The notes beneath the pieces are model-generated. The model did not search any database, was not told the origin of the DNA, and worked only from the letters and a program-made list of their open reading frames with translations. A stretch of DNA of 64,000 nucleotides from Diplonema japonicum (Eukaryota > Protista > Euglenozoa: Diplonemea), in assembly GCA_964019335.1 (NCBI GenBank), contig OZ025695.1, positions 248,001-312,000 on the forward strand. Direction: 5' to 3'. This document shows positions 1-12,100 of this stretch, in pieces. The translations under genes and the position numbers were made by a program. How positions within the stretch are numbered: the stretch's first letter is position 1; every line of letters starts with the position of its first letter.

Positions 1-2322
1 CTGGATGACCCGGATGTATCGGTCTACTGCTCTTTCTTTTTCAACGTTGAGTTTGATGAAGGCGACCTGGCGGAGGAATACCTTGGTGTTCCCCATCTGT
101 CCGGAGGACTTGTCGATCCCAACGGCGTCGAGGATCTTTTGACACAGCGACTTGGTTTGGGAAGAGTCTTCGTCCTTGGTTCTGTTCAGACCTTCGGACC
201 CCAAGAGCGCGCAATATCTGTCGCAGAACAACGCGTGCTTGAAACGGATCGGATACCCTGCCTTGCGGACTCTCACGGTCTCGATAACCCCTGCGCTTCG
301 AAGCTGGCTCATAACTTGCGCAGGGTCCCACATAAGAGGTTTTTTTGCAGGGTGTGGCTTCACGCATCGAATCCAATGCGGGTTGGTGCTGTTCACAAGC
401 GCGATCAGCTCCTTGACCTGATCCTTGAAGAACCCGCTGACGGTGATTTGAGCTGTCGGACGGGACTTGTCAGGGGGAGGCGGGAGGAGGCATTTGATAA
501 GAGTGTCGGAGCTGCCCCGGATCAACAGTTTCATTTCGTCCTTCAAGGGCTCCTTGTTCTTTTCAAGCCAGGACGTGACATCGTAGATCACACCGCCCGC
601 ATAATGTCGGATGATGAATGAGTTGGGGTGCTTTCGTTGAACCTCCCCACGGGGCTGACCGTAGAATTCATGGCCAGGCTTGGCACCCTTGCCCTGTCCG
701 GGTCCGAATGTGTCGTGCAGTTTGGAGAGAAGTTGTATGTCAGATCCTTTTGGAAGGGCGCATTCTTCGTCAAGCATTGAAAAGACGGATTTCTTGCCGG
801 AAAGGAGGTCGAGGCAGGCTTGGTTATCAGCGAAGGTGACGTCGGTGGTGTCGATGCCCTCTCGTTGGCATTCTTTCATATCCTCGACGAAGATGTAGGA
901 GTTGTAGTGGGATTGAAGCGCTTCATTCGCAAGGTTGATGCAAAGCTGCTCAAAAGAGTTCTGCTCGAAGCATTCGAACCCAAAGATGTCCAGCAAACCC
1001 AACCAATTCGCAGTGTTCTCCGTGTTGTCAGTTGTGAGATTAATCTTGTCGACAAGCCACTGAAACAAAGTATCATACATCACCTTCGACACACTGTCCC
1101 TCACGTCAGTTGATTTCGACTTCGGGTACGTTTTGGTCATAACACTCCCTCCTACTGTTGTCGACGCCGAAGTGAGTTCCTTTAACATTACTTGATGGTC
1201 TACGCAGAACTGTTCGCAGCTTGATTTCAACAATTCTGTGTTTTTCTCGTCTAAAAACGAAGCTTGGTTGTTTTGCGCGTCTATCTTCTCCTCGAACTCG
1301 ATGTTCTGATACAATAAAATACCAGCCACGGTCTTCCACACGGATGTTTTTTCCTCCTCAGTCATTCCTATGTTGTCCATCGAGGAGAGACACGCTGCTT
1401 GATCCTCGTTGTCGTCAACACCGTCAATCGTCAAACACTTCCCAGCATTGCATGATACGTAAGCATCGCTTGTTTCCAAGTTGTACTTGGTGCGGTCGGG
1501 GTGCGCGCAGATTTGGTAGAACACGTGGTATATTCGCTCGGACGTCGCCGCCGTAATGATACGCGACTTCTCCAACAGGTATTTCGTGGTGTGGGCTCCG
1601 ATGAGGAACCCGTCCGTGCTGAACTGTATCTTCATGAACTTCCCGAAACGGGAGGAGTTGTCGTTCCGCACTGTTTTCGCATTCCCGAAAGACTCCAATA
1701 TAGGTGATGCAGCTTGAACTTTAACACCAACCTGGTTGGTGGCGTCCTTTACCTCCGAGGTTGCTTTTTGACAGGACACCGCAGTTAGATATTCCACTAC
1801 AATTTTTGCCGCGACTGTCTTCCCCGCACCTGACTCCCCGCTGATGAGGATGGTTTGGTTCTGTCTGTCATTGACAAGCTCGAAGTATGTCTGGTGAGCT
1901 ACCGACCACACATGGGGAAGCTGGTTCTGTACCACAGGACCCTCTGCCAGATATTTCTCGATCGTCACTTCTGGTTGGTAACAAGGGATCTTCTTGAAAG
2001 GGTTCACCGCCACGATCAGCGTCCCGATGTTCGTGTACACAACGTCCCTCAAAAACCTCTTTTTAAGACATTGCAGCAGCGTGGCTTCGTGCAGCTCGGT
2101 CAGGAGCAGCAGGTCGTCCGGTTCTTCGTTGAACAGTTCGTCGGTCGCCTTGTAAAGCTTCAGAGAAGTGTTCACCATGAATTCCTTCCCAGGGACCTCA
2201 TCAGCCTTGCATGTGATAACTTCTTTTTTCCCATCTTTCGCAATTTTCACGATGTGTCCCAGTGTCCATGAGCGTTCTGTGTCGAGGAAGGCAACCCTGT
2301 CCCCAGGCGCGAAAGTCTCCAT
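1..2322 (-). CDS. Myosin heavy chain (complete motor domain; gene runs off the window start)
   Basis: Manual translation from ATG 2322 gives METFAPGDRV..., VAVNPFK, GESGAGKT (P-loop), LESFGNAKTVRNDNSSRFGK, LLDIFGFE and GNTKVFLR. A pyrimidine tract and CAG lie just upstream of the ATG. Confidence 0.95.
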   Translation of the reverse strand, partial: METFAPGDRVAFLDTERSWTLGHIVKIAKDGKKEVITCKADEVPGKEFMVNTSLKLYKATDELFNEEPDDLLLLTELHEATLLQCLKKRFLRDVVYTNIGTLIVAVNPFKKIPCYQPEVTIEKYLAEGPVVQNQLPHVWSVAHQTYFELVNDRQNQTILISGESGAGKTVAAKIVVEYLTAVSCQKATSEVKDATNQVGVKVQAASPILESFGNAKTVRNDNSSRFGKFMKIQFSTDGFLIGAHTTKYLLEKSRIITAATSERIYHVFYQICAHPDRTKYNLETSDAYVSCNAGKCLTIDGVDDNEDQAACLSSMDNIGMTEEEKTSVWKTVAGILLYQNIEFEEKIDAQNNQASFLDEKNTELLKSSCEQFCVDHQVMLKELTSASTTVGGSVMTKTYPKSKSTDVRDSVSKVMYDTLFQWLVDKINLTTDNTENTANWLGLLDIFGFECFEQNSFEQLCINLANEALQSHYNSYIFVEDMKECQREGIDTTDVTFADNQACLDLLSGKKSVFSMLDEECALPKGSDIQLLSKLHDTFGPGQGKGAKPGHEFYGQPRGEVQRKHPNSFIIRHYAGGVIYDVTSWLEKNKEPLKDEMKLLIRGSSDTLIKCLLPPPPDKSRPTAQITVSGFFKDQVKELIALVNSTNPHWIRCVKPHPAKKPLMWDPAQVMSQLRSAGVIETVRVRKAGYPIRFKHALFCDRYCALLGSEGLNRTKDEDSSQTKSLCQKILDAVGIDKSSGQMGNTKVFLRQVAFIKLNVEKERAVDRYIRVIQ

Positions 2323-2399
2323 CCCCCAACCTGTGACTGAGATGAAAGAAAAAAAAAAACAGAAAAAGAAAGAAGAAAACATGAAAAGCAAGACGGGGA

Positions 2400-3749
2400 C
2401 TATTCATCATCTATGACGTCAGGTGCTTCGACAAGACTGTATTCAGAAAGCTGTCGCCTGTTCAACGCGTGAGCCGCGCAGCCAGATAACAAGGTAAGCA
2501 GTCCGGTGAAGAGGAACAGACCTTTGAGTCCGTGTACATGGGGAACGCCTCCGAAAAAGGAAGCCAAAAGGGAAATTAGCACCTGCGACAAAGGAATTGC
2601 GGAGGTGCAAAGCGACGTAACGAAGCCGCAATACGCAGGCGGCGCCGAGGAAGTAATAAGGAGCTGGCCGTTTGTCTGATGCACAGGGTAAGCGAACCCC
2701 TGGGGGAGCAAGCACAAGATAGTGAACCATCCATCGACCCACGGCGCGGTGAGCAAGGAGAATGCGTTGCACGCAAATGCTGCAACGTACACCTGCCTGC
2801 ATCCAAACCGCGCGTTCAGATAAGGAGTCAACCCCCCCGCGATGCACCCGGTCAGTGCCTGCACAGCCAGCCCAGTCATCGCAACTTTCAACACTCCACC
2901 AGTACCGGGAAGCTCCTTGTTAATCCCCAACCATTCGGTCCAATAGAAACACACCACCATGAACCCCATCCATCCGGATGTCTGCAGCGCAACAGCTGGC
3001 GCAAGCGGTTTCCAGTTAAAGGGCTCGGGTTCAGATTCGGGTTGGGTTTCAGAACCGACATCAGGATCAGCTTCAACATCGGCTAGCTCCATGTCACCGT
3101 CCTCATTTTCGACGTTAATCTGCAGTGACGACTCTTTAACAAGCACCCGGAGGCCAAACCACACGGAGATGAAACAAGACAGAGCGACAACACAGGCCGA
3201 CGCTGACATAAGGCTGCGGAAGACAATGGCTTCATCGGAGCCTGTGAAAAGACCAATGGAGGTTAAAGGCAGAGCGCCCAATACCAAACTGCATAGTCTA
3301 CCTGCAGACTGAGCCGAGCTGAAATAAGAATGGTAGCGGTCCTGTTGTGCTGGTGGTGCTGTGTCGTTGATGAAAGATCGGGACGGGGTGAGGAGCGCGT
3401 CGTGGGAAATGTCTAAAAACCCGAAGGCGATGAAGCATACAACGGCCGCGTGTGTGGGGGAGATCTTTTCTGCAAACAGCATGACTAAAATACCCGCCAC
3501 AGAGGTGACAGAAAGCGCCGTGATGAGAGGGAGCCTTCCGCCCAACCAGTATTTTTCTTGCATTGTGTCGGACAGCTTACCCAACAGCGGCTGCAGGACA
3601 ATGGCTACGCAAGGGTTCACCGCGAAGACCAACACCGCCAGGCTCATTGCCACCTTCAAATCGTCAACCAAATAAGGCACCAGGGAGGATTCACCCGCCG
3701 CCCATGCAAACTCCACAGCAAAGCCTACGCTCGAAACTGATATTGACAT
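2400..3749 (-). CDS. MFS transporter, sucrose/SLC45 (GPH)-like
   Basis: 449 aa with many hydrophobic helices; motifs QPLLGKLSD...GGRLP and FGFLDISHD..LTPSRSFIND. Confidence 0.85.
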   Translation of the reverse strand: MSISVSSVGFAVEFAWAAGESSLVPYLVDDLKVAMSLAVLVFAVNPCVAIVLQPLLGKLSDTMQEKYWLGGRLPLITALSVTSVAGILVMLFAEKISPTHAAVVCFIAFGFLDISHDALLTPSRSFINDTAPPAQQDRYHSYFSSAQSAGRLCSLVLGALPLTSIGLFTGSDEAIVFRSLMSASACVVALSCFISVWFGLRVLVKESSLQINVENEDGDMELADVEADPDVGSETQPESEPEPFNWKPLAPAVALQTSGWMGFMVVCFYWTEWLGINKELPGTGGVLKVAMTGLAVQALTGCIAGGLTPYLNARFGCRQVYVAAFACNAFSLLTAPWVDGWFTILCLLPQGFAYPVHQTNGQLLITSSAPPAYCGFVTSLCTSAIPLSQVLISLLASFFGGVPHVHGLKGLFLFTGLLTLLSGCAAHALNRRQLSEYSLVEAPDVIDDE

Positions 3750-3811
3750 TGTTGTTTTATGCGCTATTTACCCACCCACCACCCACTTTTTTTTTTTTCC
3801 CCCTCCCAAAA

Positions 3812-4297
3812 CCGGGACAGCACCACTAAAAAAAGTTGTCTCGATTTTAGTGGTGCCATGCAGTATGTGACACAGCGGCCACCCTTGTGAAACTTCGCCC
3901 CGAAGCCTCCCAAGTCCGCTGTGGTCCCGTAGAAAGTAAAAGTGGAGAAGTAAAGAAAGCTTGGAAATTGAAATAGGGAGAGGGGCCACAGAAGCAATTA
4001 AACACCAACTGGAGAGTTGTGGGAGGCTTGCTTCACTGGCACGATGCCGCGGGGAGGCTACTTGCCTGACCTGGTGAAGCCACCTCCTTGTTCGATGTAA
4101 TGGGATAAGGGACTCTCCGTTGAGGGCGATGCTAACTGGCGCCACGCGTAGGGTGGGCTCTCCACCCCCGTCCAGGTTTCCCCACGTGTACGGCTTTAGA
4201 ACGAGAGTTTCCCTTTCGCTTGTGTTTCTCCAAACCACAATTACCAGGAACCACCACAGGGAGGTTGGAAACATTGGTCCCCTAAAAAAAAAAAAAA
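3812..4297 (+). repeat. Structured dispersed repeat, family C (longer copy), A-tailed
   Basis: Shares AAAGTTGTCTCGATTTTAGTGGTGCCA, AGAAGCAAT..CACCAACTGGAG..TGCTTCACTG and ACCACAATTACCAGGAACCACC..GGGAGGTTGGAAACA with 15462-15650. Contains several nested stems. Confidence 0.6.
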
Positions 4298-4960
4298 CAC
4301 TTGTTTTTTCGAAGGGAGAGGAGAAGAAGGAATAAGGGAGGGGGAAAGTGGGAGGAGAGAGTTGATTAGACAAACATTGTGAGGGGGGAAAGTGGAATTC
4401 CTTCTGTTTAAGTGTTAAAGGGGGGGGGGGGGGGGGGGGGGGAGTTGGTACTTTTCTCTTTTTTTTATTTGTTTGCTCTAATCGCTATAACCAGTAGCTG
4501 GTTATAACAACACTAAAAAAGAAAAAAAATTTCTTTCTTTCTTCTTTTTTTTTTCTTTTCCTTCGTGGGGGGGGGGGGGGGGGGGGGCTGACTTTCACCA
4601 TAAGTACGTTTTGATCATAAATGGTCGGTGTTTTCTAAAACGTACATAGACCTTTTTTTTTTTTTTTTTTTTTTTTTGCTTTTTTTTCTTTCTTTCTTCT
4701 TTTCATTTCTCTTTCTTTCCGATCTCAATTTTTTTTTTTTTGTAGTATCGTAGTCATAGTATCTCGGGTTAACGATCACCAACGGGTTTTTAATCAAGTT
4801 TTTGGCGCTATGAATATTTTTTTTGTCTCTCTCTCTCTCTTTTTTTTTTTTTTTTAAATTCCGTAGAGTGATCCCCCGACACGAAAATCTAAAGATTGCT
4901 TGGGTCGGGTTTCAACACCCGATGGTGGTCAGTTAACCCTGGATACTACGTAGGTATGCA

Positions 4961-5001
<41 letters not shown>

Positions 5002-5278
5002 AATTCTTCCCTTATACTTACACAGTAAAACTGAAGACTTAAACCTCGCCACTTGACAAACATGTTGGATGCAAGGCCTAGCACTGGCTGATACAGTTTG
5101 GTCTTGGTCCTCAGTTGTCCCCCTTCCGGCCCCTTCATTGCTTTCTGAGATAAGAATGAGAAAAAAGAGCTTAAGAAAATAAATAGGCTCAATCGTACCA
5201 AAAAGTTATTTTTTGCTCTGATTTTTTTTTTTTTTTTCCCGTTTCGTTTCTTGCGTTTTCTTTTTTTGTTTTGTTTTT

Positions 5279-5314
<36 letters not shown>

Positions 5315-5530
5315 CTTTTTTCTTTTTTTTTTTTTCGTTAGTATGATTGATGCACCCATGATCTTTTTCTTGCCATAAGGCAAGATGATTCTGGTACATT
5401 TAAGAACAAAAAAAACTGGCCTGGTTTTTTTTTTTTTTCCTTTTTTTTTTTACATTTTCTGTCATTTTATAACACCTCATATCCCCCTGGTACCCCCTTC
5501 CGTTAGGGTGACACAAAAAAAAACTGGCTA

Positions 5531-5561
<31 letters not shown>

Positions 5562-5631
5562 TTTTTGCAAAAACAAGTGCTGTAATGAACTCGTATCGCA
5601 ATTCACCTCAATGACTGAATGGTCCGTCTGG

Positions 5632-5674
<43 letters not shown>

Positions 5675-5994
5675 GCTAACGGAATTTATTTGTGCATTTC
5701 ACTGTGAAAGTACAAGACAAAAAGGGAAACTCAATAGGTTTGAAGGGGGGGGGGGGGGAGCAGAAAAAAGAGGGGGGGACCGAAGTTAATATAAACTTCT
5801 CTCTGGGCGGGCTTCCCTTGTTCGGGAAAATAATTCCCTAGTATTTTATATTTTGCATGTTCGCCAGGGCCTTCGGCAACCAATAGTTAATTGCATCTTA
5901 TCAAAAAAAAAAGATAAATTTCGGTGTGAAGCGGGGGGGGGGGGGGGGGGGGGGGAGCTCTATTTTTCAAGACGCTTTCGTTTTTACGATTTAA

Positions 5995-7761
5995 CCCATA
6001 AAGGACCGCTATTTTTCGTCTAAAAAGTCGATTTTGAACTTTTCGTTCAAATACCAAAATAAAATGGCGAGGGTGTGTACCTATATTATTTTCACTACCC
6101 CATTTCTGGAGCGCGAAGCGGCCTGCATTTCAGCCCCAGACGCGCCCAAACTTTGGTGGTGGAGCAGCATTTGAGAGAAACAACTCTGCAAAGGGCACAT
6201 GCTATCCGGAGGTTCCATGGTTTCGGCAAGCAGCGCTTATTCAGCGTGCAGGGTGGGCTGGTTATTTTTTTTTTTTTTTCACCACTTATGGCCGTTCTTT
6301 GAACACAAGGTCCGAGGTGTCGTAGATACTTGTCCAATTTAAACGTATTTCTATTTTCAAGTGGTGTTCAAGAGGTTCTCAGGTGGTTTTTTACGTTAAT
6401 GTGAAAAAATTCGAAACAGGGCACAGGGCACATTGCTACGTTGCAATCTCTGTACGAGAACATGGCCTGAGTGCGTTTTTTCTCTAATTTGTTGCGCACA
6501 GTGCAATTCCGTGCCTTTTGCATCTTTTTTTTTTCAGGACACATTAAAGGTGCACCCTTGGCACGTGAAGGTGCACCCTGAGGGGTAGGTATCTTAGGCT
6601 CCGGCGGGGAACACTTGATGTGGGTGCCACCCTTTTGCGATGATGTTGTTTGACAAGATTTTCTTTGCCACACACTTGCTGACACTGAATGGGTATTCTG
6701 GGAGCAATTTCCGGGTTCCTGATGGTCCCCATGCAGTGGAAATCCGCATTGTAAATCCGTATCAACAATGGGACAAGCGAAAGCAGTTGTCAAAGACAAT
6801 CCAATAATTCTGGTGCTGATATTCGGTGAGCAGCTCTGCCTCTTTCCCCCGGGTGCCCGCGCCGGTACAAACAATCATGTTTAGAGTGTAACCGGTGTCT
6901 GATTTGCATTTTGAACCCATAACGCTTCCTCTTCTTCGGCTCATAAACAATGAACCCGACACGGCTTCTACAGCGTATGATGGTTCATCCACAGCAAGGT
7001 TTCGCTTGGGTACATACAGGGATGACCAAGAAGGACCACAAGATTTATAAGATTGCGCCCTTTAGCCATTCTGTCTCCTTCTCCTCCACCAGCGGGCAAC
7101 CCAAACCGCATTTGGCGCATTATTTTTAGGAGCCTGTTTCTTTCCATTACCGTTCTGAAATATTGTGAATATGGGGTATCTGTGAGTTCATCCTGTGCCC
7201 AGTAGACCTTGATATCTGTTAGCTGCTTGATTATGAGCCATGTAAGTATCCAAAGGCCTCTATACCACTCGAATGGCTTGCTGCCCACCCCACGATAGCC
7301 TTTTAGAGCCGCAGGAGTGAAAAACAACTCAAAGTACAGGACAAGCCCCCTGCTGGAGGGCCGCCCTATCAAAAACAAAGGAAAAACCTCCAGCCCATTG
7401 AGACCCACTACTGGTACACTTGGACCTGGTACCTTGCGAAATATTTTCCTCCCCACCTTCTCGATTTTGTCATCCCATTCCATATCCGGGATATCCCCAT
7501 CATCCGGTGACACTGGCCCTTCTTCAGAAGTACTTTCGGCACTACTCCTTATGGGGTGTAAAAAAAACAATGTCTGTGCCACTATTTTTTTTCTCCCCTT
7601 GCAGTTTGGATGCAAAAATTTACGGGCGATATAGCGTTCAGTATAAAAAAAAGTCGCGCAATAAGGCCCCTCTTTAAAGAGTGGGCATGCAGAGCACTAA
7701 AAATGCCTTAGCAGAATTAAAAAAAAAAATTTAGCTGAATATTCAGCTCCGGTCCTTTATG

Positions 7762-7763
<2 letters not shown>
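5995..7763 (-). mobile_element. piggyBac DNA transposon, degenerate transposase
   Basis: TTAA TSD at 5991-5994 and 7764-7767; 13-bp TIR CCCATAAAGGACC; frameshifted transposase remnants (MERNRLLKIMRQMRF; C-terminal Cys-rich DCNVAMCPVPCFEFFH). Confidence 0.9.
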
Positions 7764-7797
<34 letters not shown>

Positions 7798-8421
7798 ATT
7801 GGCAGGGTTAGCTACCTTATCAGTTTTTGAAGAACTCTCATTTTATGTTTCCATTTCTGAATTTGGAACAAGGAAACCGCTAGAAGATTTTTCTATTGAA
7901 AAAAAAAGGGGGGGGAAAAAAGAAAGAAAGAAAGAAACCGTTGCATAGTAGTCCGCACATTTTTTTCTTCCTTTTTTTTTTTCTCTCCCGTCCTAGTGGG
8001 GAATACGATTTATGCAACGGTTAACACTTTTTGTAAATGGGAAGAGCAGTCTAAAGTAGGTGCATATGATCAATAAATTAATATACCTGTCCCTGATTTT
8101 TTTTTTTTAAAGGAACCCCTAAATTCTGAAAGTGTTCTTCGCACAAGACCCAAAAAATAGCAATCACAGCCTTGTATTGTTTTGTTTTGAAAAGGAAATC
8201 ATAGAAAAAAAAAGGGGAAAGCTTAATTTCATTTTTGGTTTGTACCGTAAAAAAGAAGAAAAATATATATAGGTGTCAACGGCGAACACCATCTGATGTA
8301 GTCTTTTAAATATCCATGTTATCTCCACTACCTTTAAAAAAAAAAAAAAAAAGAAGAAGAACTTCCACTAGAGGCATTCCTTCCGGAAACTTTTGTTTTT
8401 TGTGCGTATGTTTTTCTTTTT

Positions 8422-8711
8422 TTATTTCACTCTTCGTCATTTTCTTCACTCACTAGGAGCCTCATAATTTAACGCGAAAAGCGCATAATTTCGGAGTTTG
8501 GGAAGAAGTGCTTTACTTCCCCTTTAAATGCCACGGCGAAATAGCAACCCCATATAACCTTAGGAAAATCCCCAAAAAGGCTGACCTGCGTGAAAAAAAA
8601 CAGCAGTGGAAACAGTGAAGAGTGAGTGACTCAAATGACGAAGAGTAATACTTACTACGACTTATTTAACACTCGGTACCGACCATAATTTGTTGGCAAT
8701 AAATAGCTATT
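8422..8711 (+). mobile_element. Non-autonomous Crypton-like element (deleted copy of 62547-63085)
   Basis: Begins TTATTTCACTCTTCGTCATTT, has an internal inverted copy near 8620-8646, and ends AATAAATAGCTATT. Confidence 0.6.
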
Positions 8712-8814
8712 CCCCCCCCCCCCCCCTTTTTTCTTCCGTTTTTGCAGTAATTGGGGGGGGGGGGGGAGAGAAAAAAATCCCTTTCTGAAAATGTTCATCC
8801 GGGATTTAAAAGAT

Positions 8815-8912
8815 AAAGGATCAATTTCGGTGTGCGGGCCACTTAGAAACTCACATTAATCAGTCACCGTTCTGCGTAGTGCCCACTCTTTGCTGCATTT
8901 CCAAATACGTCC
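8815..8912 (-). repeat. Short deleted remnant of the LINE 3' end
   Basis: AATTTCGGTGTGCGGG..TCACCGTTCTGCG and CCCACTCTTTGCTG match 9080-9150 and 63104-63410. Confidence 0.6.
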
Positions 8913-9122
8913 TAAAATGGAGTCTCAAAATCAATCACCACTTCTTCTGCTGCGTTTTCGGTCTTGTGATGTGTCATCTCTGCATAGTGTCTCATACATG
9001 TTGCTCCACACCACGGGCGTGCCATGGAGGATGAAGAAGCAGAAAAAAAAAAGAGGAAAAAAAAAAGGAAAACTCGATAAAATTTCAGTGTGCATGGGGG
9101 TGCTCACTGTTCAGGTAGAAAT

Positions 9123-12100
9123 TCACACTAATCGGTCACCGTTCTGCGGTTGCTGTCTGGTGCCTGCGGTGGCTGTTTGTCGCGATGAGATGGACGGCAT
9201 CTGGGCGAGAAACACTGCTTGGAGTCGTGCTAGGTAGGGGGGGGTTTGGCTCGAGGAGAAGAGTGGTCTCCTGTCGTAGCCGTGTGCCGTCGGGCCCCCA
9301 AGATGTCGAAGGGTATGCACCCTTGATTTGGCGTTGGCGGGGAAGGCTGACCTTCCACAGCGTGCTGAGCATTTCTGGATGCGACCCAAGATGTATCGCA
9401 TCCTTGCGGCCTTCTCCGTGAGCAGGTCCTGATCGTCGAGGGGACCTATGAGTGACCGGCGGGTGGTCTGCTCATAGTCTATGGCGAGTTCCATTGTAGT
9501 GACGGAAGTTTTCTTCTTACCATCGTACCATCGTAGGCCTCTTAGCCACTTGAGGACGTTCTTCAGATGAAAGGTCAGGACCGCGCCTGACGCCCCGTTC
9601 GCCTTCAGCAACGCTTCCGTCGGAACATCATGTTGCCTCCCTGTCGTTACCTCATCCCAAGGGTTGGAGGTGAGCACTCTCTTGCTTTTTTCCGCTGCTC
9701 TGGCGTCACGGACCGTCACTACTTTCAGGAGGTATTGTTGCACCATCCTGGCACGTTCTTTCCCTGCTTTGTCGGCTCCTCTTGGGACTATCCCGTGAAG
9801 GGCTGTGGCAGCTGGGAGGCCTTCTCGCTTCACCTCTGCGTATTGCTCGCTTTCCAACACACTCCTTGCCGGCTCGCACTCCCACAGTGCATGCTCCGTC
9901 ATGCTGGTCGTTGTCTGGGACCGGTGGTCGCAAACGTCACACGCTAACGCTGGGTTTTCCACACCAGGGCCATCCAATTTTCTCCCCCACACCCTCGGGT
10001 GAGTCGTGAACACTGCACCACTAATGATGCGCCGCAACCTAAAGGACACCAACGGTCTCCGGGCCTGGAGCTTTTTCCACCAATAGTTCGTGGACGGGCA
10101 CGCCCCTGCCTCCATCCCCACGAAGGTTGATCTCTTCTCGATCAGCCTCTTCGCAACTGCCGGTCTGATGGCTTGCCTCACTTTGTGAGCCACCGCTGTA
10201 TCTCCGTGCAGGTCGGCCACAAAGGACCATCCCTTCCCCAGAAAGGGGAGCCATCTGTTCCGCAGGACTCCAATCGGACCCATCACCTCATCGTCATCAC
10301 GGTCCTGGTATAGACCAATGATCTCACCAACACGCTGCCGCAAACGCGGAGAGGCCAGGCTCTCCCGGACCAAGCTGTTTATCGTTCCGTAGATGACCTT
10401 CGACAGCGGATGTGCCGTATGCCCTGGCAGCAGAACGCTCAGTACAGACACGGGGTTTCTCATCCCGAACTGGGGGCCCCACAGGGAGACCACTGCCGCT
10501 GTACACATCTTCTTCAGCTGGTCGTCCGAGGGTGCCGCATACGTTGCTCCGTACAGACACGACGGTAGCACAGTGCTCGTCAACATCGTCGACTTGTTCT
10601 CAAACCCTAGTGGCAAAGCTCCGAGACGGGTCAGGCGTCCCTCCGCTGCGTCCAGCTTGTCCAGCCTGTGATTCCCATCCATGCTCAGGTTCACGCCAAG
10701 TGATTTGATCTCCCCAGCTACCTTGAACGAGGAACCGGTGCATACTAAACTAGGGCCGATCTCGTTTTTCGTCGAGAATCCCTGCGACTTCTTTCCGTTG
10801 AGGCGCATCTCTGTCCGGTCCCCGAACTCGATCACCTTGTTGGTCGCCCTTGTCAGGACCTCCGCTAAACGCGCCAGGAGGTACACGTCATCCGCGTACG
10901 AAAGTGACCAAGCTCCTGGTACTTCCGTCATCACGCACTTCACCATCACCGACACCAAGGCGTTCACCATGATTACCGAGATGGGGCACCCTTGCAGGAT
11001 ACCATTCGTCACTCGGAACTCTGAGCCAACACCTGTCGGGAAACGGAATCGCCGCTTCAGGTTCGCATACATAGCTTTCAAGGGGGTCAGTATCCGCTCG
11101 TGCAAACCGAGATCTTGCATCAGGCCAAAAGCTATCTGCTGTGGGACTCTGTCGAAGCACTTGACAAAATCCAACGCAATGCCGTTGAGAGGGGTGCCTG
11201 TCAACAGCGCCTCTTCGAGCTGTGTACTGAGCTCCATCAGAATGCTATCCGTGCCTCTCTTCGGTCTGAAACCATGCTGAGAGTCGTCGATCCACTTCTC
11301 TTGCCACAGCGTGATGTCACGCAGCCTCGCACATGCCCACAGCCGATAGACCGCGCTCGTGACTGTGATCGGCCGATGGTTCAGAGGAGTCCTCTCGCCA
11401 CCCTTCGGGATCAACGTCACCAGCGCTGTCAGGAGTGCTTTCGGCCACTTCCCTGTCGTCTCGACTGCGTTGAACAGCTCGGCCCAAGCATCCAGCAGTA
11501 CTACCGGCATGGCACGCAGTTCCGCCATCCTCCATCCATCCACCCCTGGAGCCGTTCTCGTTGACTTCTTGGCCAACACCGCCCTCAGATCCTCTCCTGT
11601 AAGTGGTCGAAGTTCCATCTTCTGCGACACGATGTACTCCCTGTACCTCGTTCTAAAGGCGTTGTACTGCGGCTCTCCTCGATCCCCACCGTACAGCTGA
11701 AAAATAGGGTCCCACTCCTTGTGCATCATCTTGTCCATCTCTTCAAGATCTGCCGTGAGAACCCCGTCGCCTTCCACTGCCTGCGTTGCTGATGCCGTTG
11801 TGCCCTTCACGAAGGCGGTCACCCTCTTCCGTTCCTCCTTGAAGTGGGTGTTGATCCTCTCTTCATACTTCCTTTCACGCTCGACCCTCGCGTCCTTTGC
11901 GATCACTCGCGCCAGAGCGGACAGGTCGTCGTCTAGGCGTTGAAGTTTGATGATAATCGTTTCAAAATTGTCCTTCATCAGACCCACCTCGCATCTCGGA
12001 AGCTGCGGGAGCTTCGCTAACACCTTTATAGCATTCGCCCAAGTCCTCAGCAGCTGCTCCGGCATGTTGCTTGCTAGTCCCCTGTCGAGCAAATCTTGGA

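Noticed and set aside
3980-4040. GGGGCCACAGAAGC resembling the start of a CPEB3/HDV ribozyme
   Set aside because: No P3/L3, P1.1 or J4/2 arrangement could be built.
8422-9120. LINE 3' ends next to the same Crypton-like family twice (also 63085-63105)
   Set aside because: Relative orientation and spacing differ; a shared insertion hotspot is a simpler explanation than a composite element.
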